From the NCBI GenBank assembly GCA_032718475.1, contig JAUCBJ010008926.1:2167-66166 (forward strand): a DNA stretch of 64,000 nucleotides. Reading direction: 5' to 3'. Position 1 is the first letter of the stretch; each line of letters opens with the position of its first letter. Positions 11,287 to 21,649 of the stretch are shown here, one piece after another. The notes beneath the pieces are model-generated. The model made no database searches and had not been told where the DNA came from. It saw only the letters and a program-made list of their open reading frames with translations. The position numbers and the translations under genes are program-made. This stretch comes from Nemertoderma westbladi (taxonomy: Eukaryota > Animalia > Xenacoelomorpha).

Positions 11287-14200
11287 TTAATTTTTATAGT
11301 CTCCAAATCGAACAGTAGGTTTTGTTACACGAGTGCTGCGGCGTATTACGCTCTTACTTTCAGTTTCCAACTCCGGTGTTGGAACTGTTTTCTGTTGGGT
11401 TGGGTTCGGTGGTGTTTCGAGTTCAATGACCTCGTGGTAGCGACGGAGAAAACGTCTGTTTCGCCACCATGTACGACCTGAAGGTAGTTTAACGTGGTAG
11501 TCTCGTCGTTTTCCGGCCCCAACTATAATACCGACACGATCCCAACGTTTAGATCTGGAGTCTTGGAGGCGAACTTTTGTGCCTATTAGGAATGGTTTGA
11601 GGTCCCGCGCCGTTGAATTGTAGTGTTTGACGGCTTTCTCGCGAATAGTTTCGTGTCGTGCGTCAGCTGTCTCGGCTGACTGCTGCCACTTCGGGTCAAA
11701 TGAAGTGTGATGGGCTGGTACACGCGATCGCAGGTTGCGCCCAAAAACGATCTGGCTTGGTGAGCGACCATCCGCGTGTGGTGTGTTCCGTACCTCGAGT
11801 AAACCTTCGAGGAATTCCTCAGAATTTATGTCTGAGGTTGTCGTTTTTGCCAATAGACCTTTAATGAGTTTTACGTGGCATTCCGCGTGCCCGTTACTGG
11901 ACGGAAAATGCGGCGTACTAGGCGCCCATTCGACCCCCCAACGTTGCAGGAATTTCCTAAAGTTGGATGCGGCGAATTGAGGTCCTCCATCGCTTCGAAG
12001 TTTGGTTGGAACGCCTAAGTCGACGAAACATTTCCGTAACACGCTGACGACTTGTTGTGATGTTGGGTCATTACGCCATTGACCAACGAGTGGATAGCCA
12101 GATAATAAATCTGTGTAAACAATGTAGTGTCGGCCGGCGAGAGAGAATAGGTCTGTCGATGCGTGTTCGAAGGGTCTGGTTGGCTGTGGGTCGGCAACCA
12201 ACGTCTCCTTCGGCAGGCTCGGTAGTCGTTCTTGGCACTGATGACATTGCTGAACCATTTGGATTATGTCGTTGTTTATTCCCGGCCAGTAGACTGCGGA
12301 CCGCGCTCTTTGTTTCGTCCGCGTCATACCCTGGTGGGCGGCGTGTAGGCGTTCTAGAATTTCGGCTCGTTTCGCACTAGGTATAACCAGGCGTGGACCA
12401 TATAATACCAGGCCGTTATCTACGGAGAGTTCGTTATGTATGGATTTAAATTGCTGGACGAATCCGGAGGTGTGGTTTTCAGTTGTGAATCCGCTTAGGA
12501 TTTCAGTAACTAATTGCTGATAGGCCTTATCGTTTAAGGCTACCTTCCGGATTTCCTCGATAACGGGGTCTGTTGTAGGTGGTTCTAGAACGTTTTCAGG
12601 ATCTAAGTCCCGAGTATTAGTTAATGCTATCCGTATAGCTGCTATGGTTCTTGTGACATCGTCATCTTCCTTTAATAATTCATCAGTGGTATCGGGGTCA
12701 TCCACTGGAGCTCGGCTGAGACAGTCTGCAATTTTATTGTCTTTACCTTTTTGCCACACTAATTCAAATTGATATTTCGATTGCAGCTGAGCTTTAATTC
12801 GCTGGAGTTTTGTATTATCGACTTGATCCAGGGTTTGTTTATTGAAGATTGAAAGTAAAGGCCGATGGTCAGTCATAACTTTAAAACTTTCTAATCCAGC
12901 TAAATATAGGTGGCATTTACTCATTGCATATTTTATAGCAATGGCTTCCAATTCTATTGTGGCATACCGGGTTTCGGCGTCCGATATAAATCGGCTTCCA
13001 CAGGCAATGAGCTTCCATTTATTATTATTATTTTGCAGTAAATCGAAGCCAAATCCGTGCAATCGACTGGCGTCTACTTCTAACCGTGTTTCAGCGTGCG
13101 GATCGAAGGGTACCAGGATTGGAGGTTTTAGAAGTGCGTATTTAACAGCCTCGAATGCATTATCATGCATTATTTCCCATGTAAAATGGTTGCGAGTTCG
13201 TAGTAACTCGCGCAACGGAGTCGCTGCAGCGCTGACTTCCGAGGAAAAGCAACCGAGTTGGTTAACGAGTCCCATAAAACTTCTGAGTTCACTTATGTTA
13301 GTTGGTTTGGGAAACTCAGAGATTGCCTTTACTTTGTTGGGGTCTGCCTCGATGCCGTTGTGTGAAACGATATATCCTGCGAACTTTACTCGTTCTTGAG
13401 CAAAGTTGAACTTTTCAGGATGGAGGATGATGCCAAAATCCCGACAGCGTTGTAGAACCGAACGAACGTGTTCAACGTGAGTGTCAAACTCGACATCCTC
13501 GATGAGTAGGTCGTCTACGATTTTATTTATGTTGGCCATACCCTCAAAAGCCATGTCTCCCCTATAATTATATGAGTCCCCGGTGGATATGAAGCCCATC
13601 TGGGCCTGGCAGTACCGGAACCAGCCCCACGGCGTTAAGAAGGTAGTGAGGTCTCGCGATCCTTCCGCCAACTCGACTTGCCAATAACCAGACTTAGCGT
13701 CGATTTTTGTGAAATAATGCGCATCTGGTGTGCGGTCTGAGACAACGTCGAAAGGAGTTTTGGCATTGTGTATAGTTCGTTTCACCTGATTATTTAATTT
13801 GGTAAGGTCAACCGTGATGCGAATTTCATCCGGTCGACCGGGTTTGGGGCAAACAACCATGGGATGACACCAATCTGTGGCCCGGTCACCCACCCGTTCA
13901 ATGATGCCTTTGTCCAACATGTCGTTGAGTTCGGCGTGGGCTTTTTCTCTGTACGCGTAGGGTATAGAGCGGGTGGCGTAGATGCAGAAAGGTTTTGCAC
14001 CTTCCTTGACTTCTATAGTCATAGGGGGACCCAGCATCGGTTTAAGTTGGCCTTTGATGGCAAAGACGTCACTAAACTCTTCCAGAAGTTTTTGTTTTAT
14101 TTTGTCTACGAGTTCAGCATCTATGTTAATAGGTGCAACCACTTTATTTTCCTTCACTAAATGGAGTGGTATGGGGAATTCGTCGTGGACGATGTTGAAG

Positions 14201-14415
14201 GCTTTACAAGCTGTAAAGGAAAGATAAATATCTTTAATTCCGTCACAAATATAAACCCATTCTTTGTAACGCATGTTTTCAATCTGTAGAGTTAGTTTTA
14301 AACGTCCCATACATTTTATTGGATTGCTGTTTATTGCTTCCAGTGGCTCGTCTAATTCTCTAAGTTTATTTATAGATATACCGAGGCGACTTAGAATACC
14401 GATTCTGCAATGCAA
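11287..14415 (-). CDS. pol: Gypsy Pol (C-terminal part of protease, RT, RNase H, integrase)
   Basis: KIDAKSGYWQ, TTFLTPWG, KIVDDLL, VDAS, AETRYATIELE, TDHRPL, HAAH..CHQC zinc finger, STDLF / RSDGGPQF / NGHAE (DDE). Confidence 0.95.
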   Translation of the reverse strand: MHCRIGILSRLGISINKLRELDEPLEAINSNPIKCMGRLKLTLQIENMRYKEWVYICDGIKDIYLSFTACKAFNIVHDEFPIPLHLVKENKVVAPINIDAELVDKIKQKLLEEFSDVFAIKGQLKPMLGPPMTIEVKEGAKPFCIYATRSIPYAYREKAHAELNDMLDKGIIERVGDRATDWCHPMVVCPKPGRPDEIRITVDLTKLNNQVKRTIHNAKTPFDVVSDRTPDAHYFTKIDAKSGYWQVELAEGSRDLTTFLTPWGWFRYCQAQMGFISTGDSYNYRGDMAFEGMANINKIVDDLLIEDVEFDTHVEHVRSVLQRCRDFGIILHPEKFNFAQERVKFAGYIVSHNGIEADPNKVKAISEFPKPTNISELRSFMGLVNQLGCFSSEVSAAATPLRELLRTRNHFTWEIMHDNAFEAVKYALLKPPILVPFDPHAETRLEVDASRLHGFGFDLLQNNNNKWKLIACGSRFISDAETRYATIELEAIAIKYAMSKCHLYLAGLESFKVMTDHRPLLSIFNKQTLDQVDNTKLQRIKAQLQSKYQFELVWQKGKDNKIADCLSRAPVDDPDTTDELLKEDDDVTRTIAAIRIALTNTRDLDPENVLEPPTTDPVIEEIRKVALNDKAYQQLVTEILSGFTTENHTSGFVQQFKSIHNELSVDNGLVLYGPRLVIPSAKRAEILERLHAAHQGMTRTKQRARSAVYWPGINNDIIQMVQQCHQCQERLPSLPKETLVADPQPTRPFEHASTDLFSLAGRHYIVYTDLLSGYPLVGQWRNDPTSQQVVSVLRKCFVDLGVPTKLRSDGGPQFAASNFRKFLQRWGVEWAPSTPHFPSSNGHAECHVKLIKGLLAKTTTSDINSEEFLEGLLEVRNTPHADGRSPSQIVFGRNLRSRVPAHHTSFDPKWQQSAETADARHETIREKAVKHYNSTARDLKPFLIGTKVRLQDSRSKRWDRVGIIVGAGKRRDYHVKLPSGRTWWRNRRFLRRYHEVIELETPPNPTQQKTVPTPELETESKSVIRRSTRVTKPTVRFGDYKN

Positions 14416-15438
14416 GCGCTTGTTGTTAGCAGTTTCCCCGTACCGGTATGCACGAATTGTACGGAGATGCGAGGTTTACCAGCCTCCCGGGCTAGTTCGC
14501 GTGGTTCAACGCCAATTTTCGCGAGGGAAATCGCACCGGAAGTTGCCTTCTTTGGTTGGCGACATAGATGGGTGAAGTGGCCGATACGTTCGCATTTTTT
14601 GCATTCGCGGTCAATGGCTTTACACGGTTTATCTTTCTCGTGAGGCCAAACTCCACCACATTTCCAGCAGCGATTATTGTCTCGTATTTGTGGATGGGGT
14701 TTGAATTGTCGACCTTTACTGGAGCTCCGTTGGCTATCTGACTTACTAAAATTACGCCCTCGGTTCTGAGGTTTAACTGCGTTAACTTTGTATGTCAGTC
14801 GTTGATCTTCCCGAACAGCCAGCTCCCGATTACGGCAAAAATCGACAGTTTCATCGCGGGATAGGGCAGGCCTTTTACCCAAAAGTTCCTGGCGTACCTC
14901 CTCATCCCGTATACCGCAAACTATTAAAGTGGAGATCCAGTCCTCCTTTGTCATAACTTCAATGTTTGCGTCATCCACCAGTTCGCACAACTGAATGTAG
15001 TAATCGTCGAACGACTGTTTGTCTTCCTGTTTAGTCCGTACCAGTTTGTAGCGGTCTACAGTTATATTCTGTTGTGCGCGGAGGTGTTCCCGTATTTTTA
15101 CGAGGATTTTGTCTGTTGACAATCGGGTATCTTGAGGAATTTTGACAGCATAATGCATCCGGTTCAGGAAATCAGGGCTGCAGTATGAAAAGAACGTTGC
15201 CACCTGATCTTCCATAGGTTTGCTGTCGAGTTTTGTCACCCGGGCATAATTGCGCCATGTTGTCTCCCACCGTTTAAATGTTTTGTAGCAACCATTTTCT
15301 AAGAACCGTTGTTGCCGTTCTGTCGCTGTACTTAATTCCGGCATTTGCGAGGTGTGCTTTAATAGTCGCCCGGTCAAGGTGTTCTATCGAAGCTGGATCA
15401 ATTTCCCACGTTTCATCCTGGGTTGGGAGTTCGTCCAT
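14391..15438 (-). pseudogene. gag: Gypsy Gag with two zinc knuckles, frameshifted near the 5' end
   Basis: Likely ATG at 15438 (MDELPTQDETW...) runs into a stop near 15275; the remainder lies in the 14391-15377 frame with CWKCGGVWPH...C and CKKCERIGHFTHLC knuckles. Confidence 0.85.
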
Positions 15439-15619
15439 CACGCAAATTAAATATGTTTTTTTAATGTATGAAATTTCAAATTATTAATTAGCAAGCAAAT
15501 AACGTCAGAACGTGCAGACGTGCAGTCGATCGATGATCGATCGGTGATATTGCAGTGCAGTTTATTGCGTAAGTTCAAGCGCAGCGCGGTACTGGTACTG
15601 CGCCTATCTCACTGCGCCA

Positions 15620-15805
15620 CGGTATGTCCGGCTGTCCGGTACATAGCCAGACAACTGTAGCCTGTAGGCTGAGGTAAAAGTGGATGCTGGAGCGACACAA
15701 CCGGTCCGTATAATATCAGCAGAATGCAAGTAAGATATGTAGGCCCGTGCCATAGACAGTAAGGGGGAATAATGAAATAGGCCTATACTGATTATATCCA
15801 TACCA
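15620..15805 (-). repeat. 5' LTR
   Basis: Matches 10999-11184; followed on the minus strand by the PBS; inner terminal base mutated (CG instead of CA). Confidence 0.95.
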
Positions 15806-17492
15806 ATGACACCCATAGGTGCCATTGGGTGTCACCCAGACAGTCTGGGGCCAGTCAGTGAGGTCTAACTGTCACCGAGCCGCACAAGACCCTACTACTA
15901 AAATCTAATCATTTGAAATAATTGAATATGTAATTAACTACCATTTCCGGGACCGCAGAATGATATATATTTTATTTTCTCACACTACATGTAGGCCCTA
16001 CTGTTCTACACAATACGGTGGGCCTGCGAAAATAAGTTATTATAAATATATAAAAACTTCATTAATTAAGGAATAATATGAACACTCAATGTGTCGTCAG
16101 AAACAATAACTTCGCCAATAATGACCACGACCGGACCCACTGGGAACTGGAACTAGGATGTAGATAATCTAATTAATGAACGGCAGTTAATTAATTTCCT
16201 AACCGATGATCCCAGGTGGTCGACCAATACTTCAACAATCTCGAACTTTATGACATTTCGGAAATGTCACCGGAGGATTTCGATCGCTCATCCCGAGCGT
16301 CGCAAGTTTCCGAAGAGGAGAAACCGACGGAATCGTCGCTTCGATTTAGTTTCAAGCGGAGTTCCAAACGAATTCTCGATAGTTGGCCCGGGAGGAAGAA
16401 AAGGGGAAGTTCGTGTGACGAATCGAAGAGCGATCCATACGAGAAAACGGAAGAGAAACCAACGGTAGAGACTTACACAAACACGGCCTACAGGAATAGC
16501 AATACCTCCGTACAAGTGGGTGAGGTGGATAGTGGATAACCCACTGAGGGGCGGAGTGTTGCTTTATTCACGCACGCTCCGTAATACTGTATTGTTTGAA
16601 TTAATTTAGGAAACATTGATATTTTTGAGAAACAGTGCTATTATGTGTAGAAACTTTAAGGCAGCAGATGTGTCACACTTACACTCTTACTCTCAACTTA
16701 CACACTGACTCCATCTAAATGTTGTAGTCCTCAGCCACATAACCACTAATACACCCCCCCCCCCCCCCCCCATCTCTACCATCGTAGTCTGTAAATATGG
16801 CCTTGGAACTTCGATATAATGGAAGCAAGGGGAGCCTAATTGACCACAGCAGGAGGGCGCCTCATTGTCACTGCTGTTCAGCAGTGTGGGTACAGTGTAC
16901 TGTGGGGAACAGCATTGAGGTTTTTACTCCACCTGTGTTCAGTCTGACAGTGTTCACAATATAGCAATGTAAAATAGGTAGGTAGCCCAATGTAATAATA
17001 TAGCGATGTAAAGTAATCTTATTGAAGGGAACTGGGAGGCCGCAGGCCAAGGCCATTATGTGGTCTGATTGGACAGAGTTTGTTTAAGTCGCTGGTTATG
17101 TAATAATGGTTAATAGTCTTGTCAAATATCATACTGTCAATTGGTTTACTATTATTTTAATATTATAGGGAGCCTACTATTATAACGTTGATAGAGTAAA
17201 TAATTGTTCATGTATTTAATGTATCTATTTAAATCTATTTTTTCAATAATTAGGGGCGGATTTAGGCATAAAGCCGAGTAGGCCGCGGCCTAGGGCCTCC
17301 CCCCAACAAGGGGGCATTGTTGATGCCATCAATGACAGAGTATTGCCTGATAACTTTATAGAAGTAAAAGTGTCTGAGTCTGTACTCCCAGATATTCCCA
17401 TTGGCGATAGTCCTACTGGCTCCAGAAATCAAGGAAATCCTGCCAAACCAAACTGCTGTACCAAACTGATCTAGACTTCTGATCAGAGTCAC

Positions 17493-18210
17493 TTGAGGGA
17501 GCCCAACGGCTCCTCACTCATTAGAACAGACTGCTTCTAGTGTTGGTCTTTTTGTTAACACCAAAAAGACCAAAATTGTGACAGTTGACTTAGAAAGTTC
17601 TCAGCAAATCTCTGATCGGATGAGCAAAAGCTCAAAGGATGGTACTATGCTTGATGCGGAAGTCAGGTGAGGACCTTCGAATACGTAAGAGAAAGGCATG
17701 GACAGCATTGAATGAAGAATTTGGAAGTCACTCAGAATTGATCGGAAACTTAAGGTCCGATTATTTAGAGCAGCAGTAGTACCAGTACTCCTCTATGGGA
17801 GTTCATGCTGGGCTCTAACTGCTGAGGACACCAAATCTCTGGATGCACATTCACAAGAATGCTACGTCGGGTTCACTGTGTCAAGTACAATGCACACATC
17901 TCCAACCAGAGACTATATAACATTGGAGGTGTCTCTATTGGTTCCCCCAAGCTTGACACTAGAACAAAGTCGCCTCCGCTTTGCAGGACATTGCTTTCGC
18001 CGTGAGGACCAGCCAGTCATAATCTTGTCTTTGGCAGCATCATGGAGAATAAGCATGGTGGACAGCCCATGACTTTAGTGAGACGCAACTTACAGGACAC
18101 CGACCTTGAAGATGCGGATAATCTCGCGAAAGTCATAGGGGATAGGGAGTTGTGGCGGTGCAACTTTGTTGATAAGCCGCCACAGCATTCCTAATGCACG
18201 CTGCATTGAG
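17493..18210 (+). mobile_element. Degraded 3' fragment of an RTE-like LINE
   Basis: Clearly homologous to the reverse complement of 23750-24510 (VPPSLTLEQSRLRFAGHCFRRED). Confidence 0.85.
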
Positions 18211-20959
18211 CTTGCCAATTGTGGATTGCATGGTGGTGACAAAATACTTATGTGCAGTTTCAATGCAGCAGGCCGATTACAGTAGTAGTAGACCCCCACC
18301 CTACTTCCACCTTAATATGCTCCGGCTAAACCAAAGGATAGGCCTATATTTCATTAGTTAAACGAATTAAAAAGTACCTTTTTTGGTAAAAACGAACCGC
18401 CCTTTTAACACGTCCAAACACGTGGCCCGGTAATGGAGAAGGCGCGCCTACCTACCCTAACATACACACACAGGCACCTTTCCTTGCCTCAATTTTTGCG
18501 GGCATTTGAAATAAAAATAAACAAAATATTAAATTTTCAGGAATATGTTTAAGTTTTTCTATTTTGGAACAGGAAATTTATATTTCAACAACCTGTTCTC
18601 ATGACCTACTATAGATACGACCCGCCAAGCTGCTTTAGTGGGCCAGTTATTTCTCTTAGTTAGAATTCCTGAAACAATACGTCTAGCGCGTCAATAGTAC
18701 TTGTCCGTAACTAAAATTATGTCCTCTTTCAGATGAGACAAATAAAAATTTAATAGCTCCAGTAGTTTTCGAGATAAGAGGAGTTCCTGGCACCCATCCC
18801 TTACCATATCAGCACTTTTCGGAATTGATAAAATTACTCAAAATACATCACTCTTCAATGACTTCGGTATAACCATTAAACCATATTATGAAATTAGAAT
18901 AAAATCTTCATTGTTTATTTTATAATAGACACTAAAAGAGCACCAAAATTACAAGTAGCTCGAAATTTTCAAATAGCCAGAAGTTGTAATTTGTCCTTAT
19001 AGTTTGGCTACTGAGATTTTAGAATGTGCTGATTTCATTGGCAAGGTTTATAAAATTGTGGTATTTTAAAAAATGGCCAAAAATTTAGTCGAAAATTGCC
19101 AGCCAGTGCACTTCTACTGTACTTCAGTACTGTAGAATTCTGGTACTGGTCCGGTAATAATGTAGTGATTATTCATTATGTGGTATGTGCATTGCGCTGC
19201 ACTACTGCGTTAGGCATTCCATTACTGATGACTGCATTATGTTGTTACGCATCAATGCCTTATTATTACATTACCTGACTTTACCTGACCTACCCATTAC
19301 CATTTTCTGACAATGCATCAAATCATTTTTGGTGCTATTTTGGCCCTCCAGCTTGTACGAAGCTACGAGCTACAGTACTTATTACTAGGGTAGCTACTTA
19401 TTTTTAAATAAACATAGGCCATAACGTCTTCAACGCATTTGCACAAAAATTGTTGTTTCTTCGATCCCCATTACCATGAAAATAAATGAAGCTGATGAAT
19501 AAAATAGTGATATCTGACAAAACCACATTTATTAACGTTAATGGTTTAGAGTTAATTGGTTAAAAGTTTGTTTAGTTAATTTTGTAACGTTAATTATTTA
19601 AATTAACATAGCGTGATAGTGAATTATCTCTGATTCATCACTAAATACAAAAGGGCATTGTCAACCTGACCATGACCATCCCGTAATTATGCATATGCAT
19701 TGTTATTTTAGGTTAAATTGTAATTGTTTTAAGTACTATTTTAAAACTTTCGTTTCTAGTCAGCATCATTGTATCATTATTAGGCCTAATGATCGTACTA
19801 GGCCTACTATAGGACAAATTGCTGAATCCAATTCTGTGACAATTCTATAAACGTAAGTTCGTTCGGATGATTCCCTATCAAGACTCACAGAGGAACGCAT
19901 CTAATTTTATTCTATCTGGCGCCATTTGTGGAGGAACGGAATAATGAGTATCACAGTGTTATTAGAACTGTATTTTAGATTACAATTGCAAACTGCACAA
20001 TGAGCCTAGTCATAATGAATTTATTATACCCCACACAGATTTAGCCCAACCAGCCTTTTAGAACCAACCTTTTTACAAAAAATTACTTACGAGCCCTTTG
20101 CTTCCTTCAAGAATAGAGAGAACATAAACAACAATATTCCTAATTTCACCCAACCCATGTTGGGAGTTGTTAGAATTGAGTTCTGCCGCCGGCATATCAA
20201 TAACTTTAATAAAATATTTCGTGAAATATTTTATTCTTATCCAAGGAAGTTTCTCTTTAGGGTTTCTAAATTTCCTAGCTTCTTTGGAGTGTCACAGATG
20301 CACAGATTTTCAAGAAGTAATTAATTATCTTGGTAACGTTAATGTTAAAAATCAAGTTCTGTAAAAGTGAATTTAGTAGATTTTCATGACGGGATGTTTA
20401 TTAATTTATTAAAATCTATGCAAGTGGTCTTAAAAACAAGATAGTGGTTCCCATGTCGTATCAGACTGCCTATATCTATGTCTACTGCCTATATCTATGT
20501 CTACTGCCTATATCTATGTCTACTGCCTATGTCTGCCTGTATGGATTATCATTAGCGATGGGCACAACTAACCTGCAGTCAATGGACAATGGGAGCAAGA
20601 ATCTAAGATCATGGCTAAGATCATGGCTAAGATCATGGCCTAATGAATGTGAGGATAAACATTGTGCCATCCCCTCAGTACAAACAACATTCGGCAGCTG
20701 CAGCTCTCGACGACATGGAGGTCTGCAATGGATCTAACCCATCCGCTCAGATGCATGTACCAGCAGGGCAGGTCACAATGAAGGTAGCACCCTTGATTTT
20801 CCATCACACGAGGTAAACAGAACATACAATGATTGGCTTCTCAACTACCTGGAACATCCCCGTAGAGAGGCTATTGGGCGTATATCTGAAATCAGCTCTG
20901 ACAATAGGATGGCGTATCGTGAAGTTCGTATCGTTAAAATTAAAATAAACAAATTAATT

Positions 20960-21525
20960 AGAGCAATTACCTTCAGTCACTACCGGAAACATGCGGCACC
21001 ACTATACAAACAATTAAATATACTATCTATAGACAAACTACACATTCAGTACTTGAAACATCCAAATTAATGTGGGAAATATAAAACAACAAAAAACGAT
21101 CTTTTATCACATCATTGTTGCAGCAAACATCCGCTTTACACACCTGTAATACTCGATCAACGGCACGCCAAAACTACCGCATACCACGGACCCGACTATC
21201 ACTAACACAAAATTCACTAAAATATCACGGTGCCATTGTCTGGAACGCACTAGACACCGACTTAAAACAAAGCAAATTTAAAAAAAAAACACTAGGTAGG
21301 AAACTAAAAAATCAATTAATTAACGATCTATAGTAATAACAGCAACATATACTGTAATATATATAAATACAAGCAAAAACCAAACCCTACTTCTCGAATA
21401 ATAACGTCAAAAACATTAGTTTTTTTATGGCAGATATCGAAGGTAAATTTTAGAATACACATGGGCTATGAATGATGCGTATTGACTATTAATATTAGCA
21501 ATTAAAAATAAATAAATAAATAAAA
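20960..21525 (+). mobile_element. 3' end of an L2/CR1-like LINE
   Basis: H.CNTRS..RQNYRIPRTRLSLTQNSLKYHGAIVWNAL, typical of post-RT LINE C-termini; ends in (AATA)n at ~21505-21525. Confidence 0.7.
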
Positions 21526-21649
21526 AGAATCTCTACTACAGCAAGTGAAAGATCTTATGTCTCCACTACATGCTATCTCACTTATTTTAAAACCAAGGTC
21601 TTCAGACCACGAACTATCCATTGGCATATGGGAATTGTTAAAGTGTGTG

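Larger units (their letters stand above)
10999..15805 (-). mobile_element. Full-length Ty3/Gypsy LTR retrotransposon, Mag-like clade
   Basis: 186-bp LTRs at 10999-11184 and 15620-15805 (TGGTATG...CATACCA); 5-bp TSD ATGAC at 10994-10998 and 15806-15810; PBS TGGCGCAGTGAG (tRNA-Ser-like) next to 15619; PPT AAAGGGGGAGT next to 11185; PR-RT-RH-IN order. Confidence 0.96.

Noticed and set aside
11586-14643. Multiple short ORFs overlapping Gypsy pol/gag
   Set aside because: Alternative-frame or antisense shadows of the long Pol/Gag ORFs.
20467-20640. Short 19-bp and 12-bp tandem repeats giving SWLR-type ORFs
   Set aside because: Simple local slippage repeats with no coding evidence.
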